Positions 11,104 to 21,103 of a DNA stretch of 64,000 nucleotides are shown here, in pieces. This DNA is from Candidatus Kapaibacterium sp. Lineage in GTDB: Bacteria > Bacteroidota > Ignavibacteria > Kapaibacteriales > UBA2268. The position numbers and the translations under genes are program-made. Below the pieces are notes generated by a model. That model saw only the letters and a program-made list of their open reading frames with translations, made no database searches and was not told the origin of the DNA. Numbering within the stretch: the first letter of the stretch is position 1; every line of letters begins with the position of its first letter. Location: NCBI GenBank assembly GCA_963665665.1, contig OY762428.1:4768001-4832000 (forward strand), given 5' to 3'.

Positions 11104-11982
11104 ATGTTGAAGTATTCCGAGCCATTATTCAGGCCTCCATCCGAGGCATACTCATTAATAATTCAGCCAACGATAGGTTGTTCCTGGAATAAATGTACTT
11201 TTTGCGAAATGTATTCAATGAAGAAGTTCCGAGTCAGGCCGGAAAATGAAGTTCTTGATGATATCAGGTCAATGAAGGATATGGCCCCGTTTATCAGCAA
11301 AGTATTTATTGCTGACGGCAATGCAATGGCACTTTCAGGTTCACGGCTGTTAAAAATACTGGAAGCACTGAAAGACACATTCCCAAAGCTGAGACGTGTT
11401 TCTTCGTATGCTTTGCCGAAAGATATTCTGGCTAAAAGCAGTACCGAACTAAAAGAACTAAGAGACGCCGGGCTGAAATTACTATATGTTGGTATCGAAT
11501 CAGGAGATGCAGAAGTATTGAAATTAATTAACAAAGGAGAAACTCCTGAATCGACTATTAAAGGCTGCAATTCAGCCATATCTAATGGTATCGGCCTGTC
11601 TGTAATGATATTGAACGGACTTGGCGGTACTGATTTAAGCAGGCAGCATGCCACAAACTCTGCTAAAGTTATTAATGAAATAAACCCTGAATACCTGTCA
11701 ACACTGGTTTTGAGTTTTCCTTATGGCATTGAGCATTTCCGAGGGCGTATCGGAAAAGACTTCATTCCACTTAACACAGGCGAACTGATCCTTGAAATGA
11801 AATGGTTTATTGAAGGCCTTGAGATTGAAAAATCAGTATTTCGGAGCGACCACGCTTCCAACTATCTTGTGCTGAAGGGAATTTTATCAAGGGACAAAGA
11901 TAAGCTTCTTAACCGGATAGATTCAGCGCTTCGGAATCCAGACCTTGCAGGCATCAGGCCGGAGTGGATGCGGGGGCTGTAA
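11104..11982 (+). CDS. radical SAM protein
   Basis: RPPSEA...GCSWNKCTFC (CxxxCxxC), YVGIESG and FRSDHASNY. Confidence 0.9.
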   Translation: MLKYSEPLFRPPSEAYSLIIQPTIGCSWNKCTFCEMYSMKKFRVRPENEVLDDIRSMKDMAPFISKVFIADGNAMALSGSRLLKILEALKDTFPKLRRVSSYALPKDILAKSSTELKELRDAGLKLLYVGIESGDAEVLKLINKGETPESTIKGCNSAISNGIGLSVMILNGLGGTDLSRQHATNSAKVINEINPEYLSTLVLSFPYGIEHFRGRIGKDFIPLNTGELILEMKWFIEGLEIEKSVFRSDHASNYLVLKGILSRDKDKLLNRIDSALRNPDLAGIRPEWMRGL

Positions 11983-12166
11983 ATTTTTTTCAGAATCTAA
12001 TTCAATATATTATTTTACCCCGGCTATTTTTGTTTAAGGGCTGAGTTCTGAATTAATGAAATTATTAATAATCAAAAACTGTATTAGTTTGAATAAGAAT
12101 TTTATAAAACATTACTACTCAGCATAAAGGAAGAATATGTCAGATATGGTTAATAATACCAGAAAA

Positions 12167-12277
12167 TGTCGCTCTGAACGAAGTGAAGAGTCTATTCTTC
12201 ATAATTTTAACCAAAAAACAAGTGGATTCTTCAGTTGCAAGCTCCGGAAGCTTGCCCCGACATGTCGGGGAATGACA
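12167..12277. repeat. REP-like family A pair with a nested CCCCGACATGTCGGGG palindrome
   Basis: tgtcgctctgaacgaagtgaagagtct ... ggattcttcagttgcaagctccggaagcttgccccgacatgtcggggaatgaca. Confidence 0.65.
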
Positions 12278-12449
12278 TTTTTGCAATTATTCTTTTCAAA
12301 ACCAGAATATTATTATATTTGCTGAGTAATAACTAAAAAAACTTAAGCAATTAATTTTTCCTGAAAAAAAGCTAATATAAGATTAATTGGCTTTTGCCCC
12401 GTCATTCCTTATATTATCCGAGTATAGAATTTCGAAAGGAAAGGAATCC

Positions 12450-14765
12450 GTGAAAAACAAATATATCCTGATAATCTTTCTGATGGCCTCCTGCCTGGAT
12501 GCTGTATTTGCCGCGAAACCGGAAATAACATCTTTTAGCCCTGATAGCTCTGTAAGCGCCGCTGAATTCCCGCGCCCGGGAATGTACATGAATACTATTG
12601 TTCCGGACTCGGTAGCAGCCCTGAAATTTGGTATTGAAAAGGCTTTTGTTATATGGCATATTATGCCGGGAATGGGGGCATGGAATTCGGATCTTGCCGA
12701 AGGTGACACAATAATCAAGGCCGACGGAAAACCAATGACTACTGACAGCTCTGCCGGGAATTCTTTCCTTGATCATTACCTGAAGGATAATCCGGGACTG
12801 AAAAATGTAACAATAACGAAAATAAAAAACGGGCAGGCTGACGATATAATTATGCCCGTAATAAAAAATGAAAAAATTGAGGTTGAATACAGGAAATTTC
12901 TTCCTGATTTTACCGGGAAATCCCTGATTGACAGTTTAGCCGAAAATTTAAACAGGAAGCATGATATTTCCGGAATTGTAAAGCAGATATCAAACTGTGC
13001 TGCTGAGGATCACAATAAAGTAATGTTCTCGAAAAGGCCTGCGCCTTTCAGGCTTGAAGCTGTTAATTTCCTATTCGATAATCCATTTCGTACAGGAGAG
13101 CTTTCCAGGCTGATAAGTGATAGAATCAAAAAGGCTGGCGAATCCGGTTTGCCTGATATTTTAAGAACTGTATCCTCTTATCTTGATATTCCTAATACCG
13201 ATATATTCAGCCCTACACTTCCAAAATCCATTCATAACCTTGACTTGTATTTTGCAAAAATTCAGTCTGAACTTGATATTGCATATAGATCTCCGGGCAA
13301 AAAAGAACTGAAGAAGACTTTAAAGTTGCTTCATGGTTTACTCGATCCGGAGAATGACAGCAAAATAAATATCGAAAAGAATATTCAATGGAAGACAAAA
13401 AAGAAAGAAATTATAAGAATTGAAAAGGAAATGGCAACAGCACTTGCTAAGGCCGGGGAAGTAGATATGTTCGCTTTGTTCAATGCAGCACGCCTTGCTT
13501 CAAGGCTTCTTGATGAAAAATGGCTGAATAGATTTATCTCTTTAACCCGGGTTGCTGATATGACCGGGGCTTATTCAAATAATAAATACGGGGTAAGCGG
13601 GGAAGTTCTTGCCCTTTGGGAAAACAGGCAGGGAACATGTGTGATAGGGGGAAAAGGGCCCAATAGTTACTCCGGTGATTTTGCTTTTATTCTTGATATT
13701 GGTGGTGATGACAAATATGAGCTTGGCAATGCAAAGACAGGCAGTTTCAGAATAATTATCGATAAATCAGGCAATGACTGCTATTTTTCAGAGGAAACCG
13801 GTATTGCTGCCGGGATTGGGGCGCTTGATTTTCTTTTGGATGTTCAGGGTAACGACTCGTATAAATCTGACGGATACTCGCAAGGAGCCGGGCTTCTTGG
13901 TATTGGCCTGCTAATCGACAACAGCGGTAATGACAGCTACAGGGCAGACTGGTGCTCGCAGGGTGCTGGTTTTGCAGGTGCCGGAATTATTATTGACAGA
14001 AAAGGAAATGATAATTATTATTCTCACCTGTATTCTCAGGGATTCGGATATTCCGGTGGTATGGGGATACTGATTGACGAGGATGGCAACGATATCTACA
14101 ATGCCGGATGGAAATATCCGGACAGCCGTATACCGGGAAAAGCATTTCTTTCTATGTCGCAGGGATTCGGGTTTGGATACCGGCCATGGGATATTGGAAT
14201 AAGTCTTTCCGGAGGTATCGGTATTTTAAATGATTATGCCGGAAACGATTCGTATAATGCTGATTTTTTCTCCCAGGGAGCTTCATACTGGTATGCCCTT
14301 GGTATTTTGCATGATTATGACGGAGCCGACAGGTACAGCGCCGGGCAATACTCCCAAGGCAGCGGAATACACCTTTCTTTTGGCGCTTTGCTTGATGACA
14401 GGGGAGATGATAATTACTATGCTTACGCCGGACTTGAGCAGGGAAATGCCCATGACTGGTCGGCAGGTTGCCTTGAAGACCTTTCGGGAAATGATGTATA
14501 TTACGGCAGCAGCAGTAGTCAGGGATCGGCTCTGACAGTTGCAGTAGCTTATCTTTTGGATGCAGGTGGTTCGGATAAATATATTTGTGATAACGATAAG
14601 CAGGAATACTGTCAGGGCAGCGGAAGGGCTGAAAGAAAAAGAGCCGCGTATTCATTTGGCTTCCTGATAGACCTGGGCGGAGAAAAAGATTTCTTTTCGA
14701 AACACCCCGGTCTTATTAAAAGTGTTAAAGCTAATGAAAACGGGCTGATTTATAAAGGAGAGTAG
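12450..14765 (+). CDS. secreted protein with a PDZ-like N-terminal region and tandem hhhDxxGxDxY / sQGxG repeats
   Basis: GTG start at 12450 after AAGGA, signal peptide, LAEGDTIIKADG, and more than ten repeats such as LLDVQGNDSY and ILIDEDGNDIY. Confidence 0.7.
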   Translation: MKNKYILIIFLMASCLDAVFAAKPEITSFSPDSSVSAAEFPRPGMYMNTIVPDSVAALKFGIEKAFVIWHIMPGMGAWNSDLAEGDTIIKADGKPMTTDSSAGNSFLDHYLKDNPGLKNVTITKIKNGQADDIIMPVIKNEKIEVEYRKFLPDFTGKSLIDSLAENLNRKHDISGIVKQISNCAAEDHNKVMFSKRPAPFRLEAVNFLFDNPFRTGELSRLISDRIKKAGESGLPDILRTVSSYLDIPNTDIFSPTLPKSIHNLDLYFAKIQSELDIAYRSPGKKELKKTLKLLHGLLDPENDSKINIEKNIQWKTKKKEIIRIEKEMATALAKAGEVDMFALFNAARLASRLLDEKWLNRFISLTRVADMTGAYSNNKYGVSGEVLALWENRQGTCVIGGKGPNSYSGDFAFILDIGGDDKYELGNAKTGSFRIIIDKSGNDCYFSEETGIAAGIGALDFLLDVQGNDSYKSDGYSQGAGLLGIGLLIDNSGNDSYRADWCSQGAGFAGAGIIIDRKGNDNYYSHLYSQGFGYSGGMGILIDEDGNDIYNAGWKYPDSRIPGKAFLSMSQGFGFGYRPWDIGISLSGGIGILNDYAGNDSYNADFFSQGASYWYALGILHDYDGADRYSAGQYSQGSGIHLSFGALLDDRGDDNYYAYAGLEQGNAHDWSAGCLEDLSGNDVYYGSSSSQGSALTVAVAYLLDAGGSDKYICDNDKQEYCQGSGRAERKRAAYSFGFLIDLGGEKDFFSKHPGLIKSVKANENGLIYKGE

Positions 14766-14895
14766 CGAGTATTTTTTAGATTATTGATCTTATATTTTGG
14801 AAAATTTATTCACTGCCTTGAATATCATTCATCATATTGAAAAAGCAGAGCTTAAAATTTAATGCTCTTATGATATTGGATGAAAATAAATATTC

Positions 14896-15035
14896 TCCGT
14901 CGGCTGGGATGTCATCATCAAATTCTATATCCACGAGCTTTAGCGCGTGGCTATTGAATTGGATGATGGTTGAGTTGAGGGACAGCCGCCGCTTTCAGTC
15001 CTGAACTTATCAGCGCTGAAAGCGTGGGCGGGGTT
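14896..15035. repeat. REP-like hairpin cluster, family C (ATCCACGAGCTTTAGCGCGTGGCTATTG) plus a CGCTTTCAG/CTGAAAGCG hairpin
   Basis: Nested stem catcatc..aattc..ccacg / cgtgg..gaatt..gatgatg. The core recurs at 16656 and 49036. Confidence 0.65.
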
Positions 15036-15081
15036 AGTTCAATAAATACTATTGTGAATTATCTTTTTCATTTTTTACCCC

Positions 15082-16350
15082 TTAGTTAACCACGATAAAT
15101 TTTGAGGAATAATTATTTTCTCCCGTCCTGATTCGGGCAATATAAACCCCCGAGGGCAATGATACGGGCAACGATATTTGCGAACCCTGAACAGCAGCAA
15201 TATTTTGAGAAAAAACCACTTCCCCCTGAATATTATTAATTGTAAGGTTGATTTCTACGCTTTGGCTTTCAAGTCCGTTTATAGTCAGTATCCCGCCCGA
15301 GTATTCAGTCCTGAACGCGTTTGTATCCACCTCTTCTTTAACGCCTACGGTACTCAGGATTTTTTCGAAATCAAGGGCGACAATAGTACGATTTCCATTA
15401 TCGTGTACAATTATATTTTTAGCTGCATAGTTGTATAACGGATTTGAAGAACCATATTCTGATGAAAAATATATTTCTTTTTCATTATCAATATCCCATA
15501 TAATTGAATAAAAATCAAGCCCATTATCTGATGTTGCAAAAACATAATTATCATCAATCAGACCTAAACCCCAAAAACCTTTAGGCGGGGTTGTTTCTGT
15601 TATTAACATCCACTTGGAATACGGTGCTTCCGTTAAGAAAAATGAACCTTTTATTGAACCTAACCTGTTTTGCCCATAACATACATACTTAGCATTTTCA
15701 GAAAATTGAATATACTCAATTCTTCTGCCATTGTCAGGATAGTCTTCAAGCTCCTTAATAAACTGCATTGTTTGCGCATCGAAAAGGTAGAAGTGGGTAG
15801 ATTCATCTTCTGTGTCGTAGTTTTCTAATGTTGCAAGTGCTAAAAACCTGCCGTCAAGTGATACTTCAAAGGCTGTTGTATAATTCGACAAATTTTCAAC
15901 TATAATTGAATTACCCTGATCAATATTCATGATGAACCAGCGATTATTTTCCAGAGTATTTATTTTGTAGATCAACAAATTATTATCCGGATGGAAAAAT
16001 TTAACGTATGCAGTTTCCTCCGGCAGTTCTCCGATAATTTCCCCTGTCTCGTAATCAACGATTTTCCGGCAAGCTACGAAACGTGTGCCATCCTTAGAAA
16101 TATCAATCCAATCGCTAACATAGCCGGTAAAAGGCACATTGATATTCCTTATAATTTCGCCGGTTAAGCCGTCAATTTCCAGGATATCGTAATGGCTTCG
16201 TATCAACACATTTCCGTTGGGATGAATTGCAGGCATGGAGTGGAATTGAACCTCATTATTAGTCCACATCACGAGGGAATCGGCCTGCGCCCTTGCCCCG
16301 GCAGAAAATAAGAATGATAAAATTGCTGCCAGTAAAATTAGTTTCTTCAT
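15082..16350 (-). CDS. T9SS-CTD secreted protein, probable beta-propeller
   Basis: Signal peptide, WD/YVTN-like blades (SKDGTR, SLDGRFLA, FSENAKY), and CTD ...NIQGEVV...LPSGVYIARI...SSKFIVVN. Confidence 0.8.
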   Translation of the reverse strand: MKKLILLAAILSFLFSAGARAQADSLVMWTNNEVQFHSMPAIHPNGNVLIRSHYDILEIDGLTGEIIRNINVPFTGYVSDWIDISKDGTRFVACRKIVDYETGEIIGELPEETAYVKFFHPDNNLLIYKINTLENNRWFIMNIDQGNSIIVENLSNYTTAFEVSLDGRFLALATLENYDTEDESTHFYLFDAQTMQFIKELEDYPDNGRRIEYIQFSENAKYVCYGQNRLGSIKGSFFLTEAPYSKWMLITETTPPKGFWGLGLIDDNYVFATSDNGLDFYSIIWDIDNEKEIYFSSEYGSSNPLYNYAAKNIIVHDNGNRTIVALDFEKILSTVGVKEEVDTNAFRTEYSGGILTINGLESQSVEINLTINNIQGEVVFSQNIAAVQGSQISLPVSLPSGVYIARIRTGENNYSSKFIVVN

Positions 16351-16559
16351 GGTAAAGCCCCATAATTGTTTTTACATTACTACCATCGGGTAGTATTATT
16401 TATATATAGTTAGTAACATATCAAATTCAATTTGGTCTCAAACTTTTTCGCATTGTTATTGATTGCCGGAACTTAATCAATCTTTATTATTCCCGCAAAT
16501 GTTTCTTGTTCCTGTATCGTTGCTGTTGCTGTGGGTTAAGTTATCGGGCAGGAGGGTTA

Positions 16560-16750
16560 GGAATATGGATTTTTCAGTCGCAAGCTCCGGATCAATTCCC
16601 CTCCCGTGGAGGGATATCCGAAGGGCGGGGTGGATTCTTTTTCTTAGCTTACTTTATCCACGAGATAGAGCACGTGGCTATTAGCACCCTGTTTCACTGC
16701 AAAGCCCTCCCCTTACGATAATACCACACTGTGTGTGGAGGGGAGGGGTC
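16560..16750. repeat. composite REP mosaic (half family A, family B CCCCTCC/GGAGGG, family C, family B)
   Basis: ggatttttcagtcgcaagctcc; cccctcccgtggagggatatccgaagggcggggtgg; tatccacgagatagagcacgtggctatt; gccctcccc...ggggagggg. Confidence 0.65.
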
Positions 16751-16814
16751 GAAAACGATGTCTGAATTATTGAAATTGAAATTTGAAAATTTACGTGAAA
16801 TCAGATTTCAGTAA

Positions 16815-17963
16815 CTAAGCCAGCTTCATAAGTTCCCTGGCAATAACTATATGCTGGATCTCGGATGTTCCCTCGTAAATCTCTGTAACTTTCGCATCTC
16901 TCATCATTCTTTCAACATGATATTCTCTGACGTAACCATAGCCACCGTGGATCTGTACAGCTTCACGGGTAACTTCCACTGCTGTCGTCGAAGCAAATAG
17001 CTTTGCTTCAGCCGAGGCTTTAATATAGTTCTCATGCTGGTCCTTCATATATGCGGCTTTTAAAACCAAAAGCCGGGCTGCTTCGATTTTCATAGACATT
17101 TGTGCAAGTTTCATCTGAATAGCCTGATGCTCGATGATGGGTTTTCCGAAGGCTTTTCTTTCTTTGGAATACTTAAGCGCTGCCTCGAAAGCCCCTGATG
17201 CAATGCCAAGAGCCTGGGCGGCAATACCGATCCTGCCACCGTTAAGAGCTTCCATTGCTATTCTGAATCCGCCGCCTTCGCCGCCAATCAGGTGTTCGTC
17301 GTCAACTTGGCAGTTTGTGATACTTATAGAGCAGGTATCGCTGGATTTCATACCCATTTTGTCTTCTTTCGGTCCGGGTTCCCATCCTTCAGTACCCTTT
17401 TCAACAATGAAACAGCCGATACCTTTATGCCTGAGTTCAGGGTTTATCTGGGCGAAAACAATATTCAAATCAGCATTACGGCCTGTGGATATCCAGTTTT
17501 TAATACCGTTCAGGTTCCACATTCCGTCTTTCTTTTCAGCCAGAGTGTGCTGCTGTGTTGCGTCCGAGCCTGCTTCAGGTTCGCTAAGGCAAAATGCGCC
17601 AACTTTTTGTCCCTCGGCAAGTGGCCGCAGGAATCTTTCTTTCTGTTCAGGAGTACCGTACTTTTCAAGTATCCAGCATACAAGTGAGTTGTGTACGGAA
17701 ATAACAATGCCTATGCTGGCTTCAACTTTTGATATTTCTTCCATAACAAGTGCATAACTAACAGCGTCAAGGCCTGATCCGCCATATTCAGGATCAACCA
17801 TGATTCCGAGGAATCCGAGTTCCCCGAGTTGTTTGATTATTTCAGCAGGGTATTCGGTTTTGGCATCTCTTTCCAGTACGCCGGGAAGGATTTCTTCCCG
17901 CGCAAATTTTCGAGCCATATCTCTGATTTGTTCCTGCATTTCCGAAAGTTTAAAAGATATCAT
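16815..17963 (-). CDS. acyl-CoA dehydrogenase (short-chain/butyryl-CoA type)
   Basis: GAFCLSEPEAGSDA, LNGIKNWIS, GRIGIAAQALG, QIHGGYGY and EIYEGTSEIQ. Confidence 0.95.
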   Translation of the reverse strand: MISFKLSEMQEQIRDMARKFAREEILPGVLERDAKTEYPAEIIKQLGELGFLGIMVDPEYGGSGLDAVSYALVMEEISKVEASIGIVISVHNSLVCWILEKYGTPEQKERFLRPLAEGQKVGAFCLSEPEAGSDATQQHTLAEKKDGMWNLNGIKNWISTGRNADLNIVFAQINPELRHKGIGCFIVEKGTEGWEPGPKEDKMGMKSSDTCSISITNCQVDDEHLIGGEGGGFRIAMEALNGGRIGIAAQALGIASGAFEAALKYSKERKAFGKPIIEHQAIQMKLAQMSMKIEAARLLVLKAAYMKDQHENYIKASAEAKLFASTTAVEVTREAVQIHGGYGYVREYHVERMMRDAKVTEIYEGTSEIQHIVIARELMKLA

Positions 17964-18159
17964 ATTTTACCTTTGAATTTGAATAAAAAAATGCAATAAT
18001 TATCCTGTCAGGTAGTTTTTATCCTTAGCATGGGTTCAATTACAGAGCTTGTGTATGTTTTCCGTTACTTTGATAATTAAATTCGAATAATCTTATTTTT
18101 TAGGTTAATCATTTTTTTGTAATTTTCAAAAAAAATAATTCCAAATTTGGAGGTTTATA

Positions 18160-18903
18160 ATGAAAAAAGTAGTTTTTATATTGATTTCTTTTGTTTTATT
18201 ATCCTCGGCTGAATTACTTGCACAGCCGAAAATGGAAATAGTTGGCGGGAACAAGAAAGATTGGGGTGAGGTAAAACCCACTGATTCTCCGCTTGAAACA
18301 AAAATTAAAATCAAGAATATTGGTAATGAAACACTGCATATTACAAGGGTTAAACCCGGATGTGGCTGTACAACTGCTCCACTTGACAAAGATAAGGTAG
18401 AGCCGGGTGATTTTGCAATTGTTGATGTTAAACTCAATGTTGCCAATTATTCAAACAATGTTCATAAATCAATTTCCATATCAACAAACGATCCTGAAAA
18501 CAGGAATATAAAATATCATTTATATTGCAAAGTGCTAAGGCCTGTGCAGACTTTTCCCCGCTTTATCAATATAACCAATGCTGAAGTTGGTGAAGAAGCT
18601 CTTGGCAAAGTTCGCCTGAAAAATAATTCAAATGAAAAGATCACTATCAAAGAAATCGTATTAAAACCAAAAGATATTAAAATTAATATTGAAGAAGGCT
18701 TTGTTCTTGAGCCTAAAACTGATTTTGGTATTGAAGTTCTTGTTACTCCCAAAGACCTTGGACGTATTCGTGGTATGGTAACAATCAAAACCGACAACTC
18801 CGAAGCTTCTTTCGTAAGGATACCTCTTTATTGTTCGGTAAGGGATAAATCGAAGGTTAAAACTAATAAAACCCGCAATAGAAAAGAAGAGTCGAATCAC
18901 TGA
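18160..18903 (+). CDS. DUF1573 domain-containing secreted protein
   Basis: Signal peptide and KNIGNETLHITRVKPGCGCT motif; GGAGG RBS. Confidence 0.85.
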   Translation: MKKVVFILISFVLLSSAELLAQPKMEIVGGNKKDWGEVKPTDSPLETKIKIKNIGNETLHITRVKPGCGCTTAPLDKDKVEPGDFAIVDVKLNVANYSNNVHKSISISTNDPENRNIKYHLYCKVLRPVQTFPRFINITNAEVGEEALGKVRLKNNSNEKITIKEIVLKPKDIKINIEEGFVLEPKTDFGIEVLVTPKDLGRIRGMVTIKTDNSEASFVRIPLYCSVRDKSKVKTNKTRNRKEESNH

Positions 18904-18927
18904 TAGTTTCTTAAAAACTTTACAAAT

Positions 18928-18966
18928 CACCCGTTAATTCTTATATTAGCGGGTGTTTTATTTTTT
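18928..18966 (+). terminator. intrinsic terminator
   Basis: CACCCGTTAAT...ATTAGCGGGTG followed by a T-tract. Confidence 0.6.
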
Positions 18967-18976
18967 GCGGTAATCG

Positions 18977-21040
18977 TTGAATAGAGACTCGAAAATATTG
19001 ATTGCCGGATTTATATCCGGATTTGCAGCAATAATGCTACAAACTATTCTGCTAAGAGAATCTTACCAGCTTTTTATGGGTAATTCCCTGTCAACTGGTG
19101 TATTCTTTTCAATATGGCTTCTTTTTACGGGGCTCGGAGCAATTATAGGAAATAAGGTCAAATTTACTAACAGATTATTGATAATTCTGATAATCGCTAT
19201 AACTATTTTAACTTCCTTTGCCGAAATTATTTTTTTTCTTATTACAAGCCTTTTTTATTCATCCGGATTTAGTCAGGCTATTGAGTTACCATCATATCAA
19301 TTATACGTACCGGGTTTTATTTCGATTGTAGAATCTTTGATTTTTTCAGCCGGAATTATTTCATTTTTTTATGGTATGTTCTTCTCTGCAATTAGTCAGA
19401 TTGCTGATACGGGGAGAAAGAAATATATCTATATCAGCGAAACGGTCGGTGCTTTTGCCGGAGGTCTGATATTTACATTTGTTCTGTCTGATTTGTTGTT
19501 CAATACATATATACTTGCACTTATTTCTGTTTTGTTAGTTATAGTTTTTGTTCTTCTGAATCTTTCAACGAAAAAGGTTACTTTGATAATCTCTGTGTGC
19601 CTTGTTGTTTTTATATCAACAAGCGGTTTTCTTATTAATCTCAGAGAGCATAATTTTGGTATTAACAACATTAGCTTAATTCCTACTAAATATGGCCTCA
19701 TAAATATTTATCATTCTGATTACTCGAATATAATATATCTTAATCACGAAATAATTGCTCAACAGGAGAACCATGCCGGGAAAGAATATTCCATTCATAT
19801 TCCACTTGCCCAAAGAAAAAATATCAAAAAGGTTTTACTTATAGGCGGAGGACTTGACGGTGCAATTGAGGAAGTTCAGAAATATAATCCTGAAATTATT
19901 TATTATGTTTATGAAAACATGAATGTAATTGAATTATCACAAAAATATTTAGGCCTGGAGATTAAAGAAAATGTAAAACTGATTAAGAATGTTAGGGATG
20001 CAGGGAATGATCTGGATGCGGTAATCGTAAACGTAGGTGGTTTTGATAATCCCGGCAAAGCAAGGTTCTATTCTTCTGAATATCTGGAATTCTATAAGAT
20101 GAAACTTGCAGATGGCGGCATTGTTTCACTGAAATTGCCACTGATAGGGAGCTATGCATGGGGGAAAACGGAGAAACTGAGTTCAATAATTTTTTCAACT
20201 GCCCGGAAATCTTTTTCTAATGTTTTGGTTGTTCCCGAACACAGTATGTTTATTATGGCATCAGATTCGACGTTAAGTCTTGATTATCGGGATCTTTTCC
20301 AAAACCACAATATTACTACACTTTATGCAAATTCTGATTATACTGATGATTTCAGCCTGAAATTCAAATCAGATGAAATTACCGGCCTGATAACTGAGAA
20401 TTTCGGAACAAACAGTATTAATAAACCCGGTTTGTCAGGTTGGATATTCCGGTTCATATTAGAAAAACAAGGCGGCTGGCAAATATTTATTGTTATTTCC
20501 ATCGCATGGATAGGGCTATTCCTTTTTACTAAACCATGCAAATCATCATTATCCGTAGCAGTATCCGGTTTTGCATCCATTTCTCTGGAAATGATGATGT
20601 TTTATGCTTTCCAGATTATTAACGGCAGTATTTTCTTAGCTCCTGCTGTTTTGTCATCAGTTTTTATGCTTGGCCTAACTGTAAGCGTATACGGAAGCAG
20701 GCTTGTCAGCTATAAATACTTAATATTATTATTGATTATTACTATACTTTTTCCCATCTATCTGTCAGCGGATAATTTTCAAATTAATACTGTAATTGCG
20801 AATATAATAATAATATCCTCTAACTTTTCTATAGCTTTCCTGAACGGCAGTATATTCAAAAAGTCCCTGATTGGCAGAGAAAACAAAATTGGCAGGCTTT
20901 ATGGCTTTGATTTGCTTGGATCGGTTCCGGGCGGGATTGTTGCTTTTAATATTTTACTTCCTGTATTTGGTTTTATTGAAACATTGGCTTTTTCCGGCCT
21001 TTTAATGCTTTCGGGATTATATTTAATAAAAAAGAATTGA
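18977..21040 (+). CDS. membrane protein fused to a spermidine synthase-like SAM-binding domain
   Basis: N- and C-terminal multi-TM blocks (YISETVGAFAGG, LYGFDLLGSVPGG) flanking KKVLLIGGGLDG and LADGGIV. Confidence 0.75.
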   Translation: MNRDSKILIAGFISGFAAIMLQTILLRESYQLFMGNSLSTGVFFSIWLLFTGLGAIIGNKVKFTNRLLIILIIAITILTSFAEIIFFLITSLFYSSGFSQAIELPSYQLYVPGFISIVESLIFSAGIISFFYGMFFSAISQIADTGRKKYIYISETVGAFAGGLIFTFVLSDLLFNTYILALISVLLVIVFVLLNLSTKKVTLIISVCLVVFISTSGFLINLREHNFGINNISLIPTKYGLINIYHSDYSNIIYLNHEIIAQQENHAGKEYSIHIPLAQRKNIKKVLLIGGGLDGAIEEVQKYNPEIIYYVYENMNVIELSQKYLGLEIKENVKLIKNVRDAGNDLDAVIVNVGGFDNPGKARFYSSEYLEFYKMKLADGGIVSLKLPLIGSYAWGKTEKLSSIIFSTARKSFSNVLVVPEHSMFIMASDSTLSLDYRDLFQNHNITTLYANSDYTDDFSLKFKSDEITGLITENFGTNSINKPGLSGWIFRFILEKQGGWQIFIVISIAWIGLFLFTKPCKSSLSVAVSGFASISLEMMMFYAFQIINGSIFLAPAVLSSVFMLGLTVSVYGSRLVSYKYLILLLIITILFPIYLSADNFQINTVIANIIIISSNFSIAFLNGSIFKKSLIGRENKIGRLYGFDLLGSVPGGIVAFNILLPVFGFIETLAFSGLLMLSGLYLIKKN

Positions 21041-21103
21041 CTTTGTTTTAAATGAATTTTTTTGCAATTTTAAAATCGTGTTTTTTTCAAAACAAGAAGA
21101 ATA

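Noticed and set aside
9900-11982. Cobalamin operon or riboswitch around cobO and the radical SAM gene
   Set aside because: cobO is divergent from arfB with a 65-bp gap, no B12-box was seen, and the radical SAM protein lacks a B12-binding domain.
17134-17757. Long antisense ORFs (also 10285-10812, 11163-11654, 32309-32964, 37947-38372, 59044-59460)
   Set aside because: They are shadows of well-supported genes on the opposite strand.
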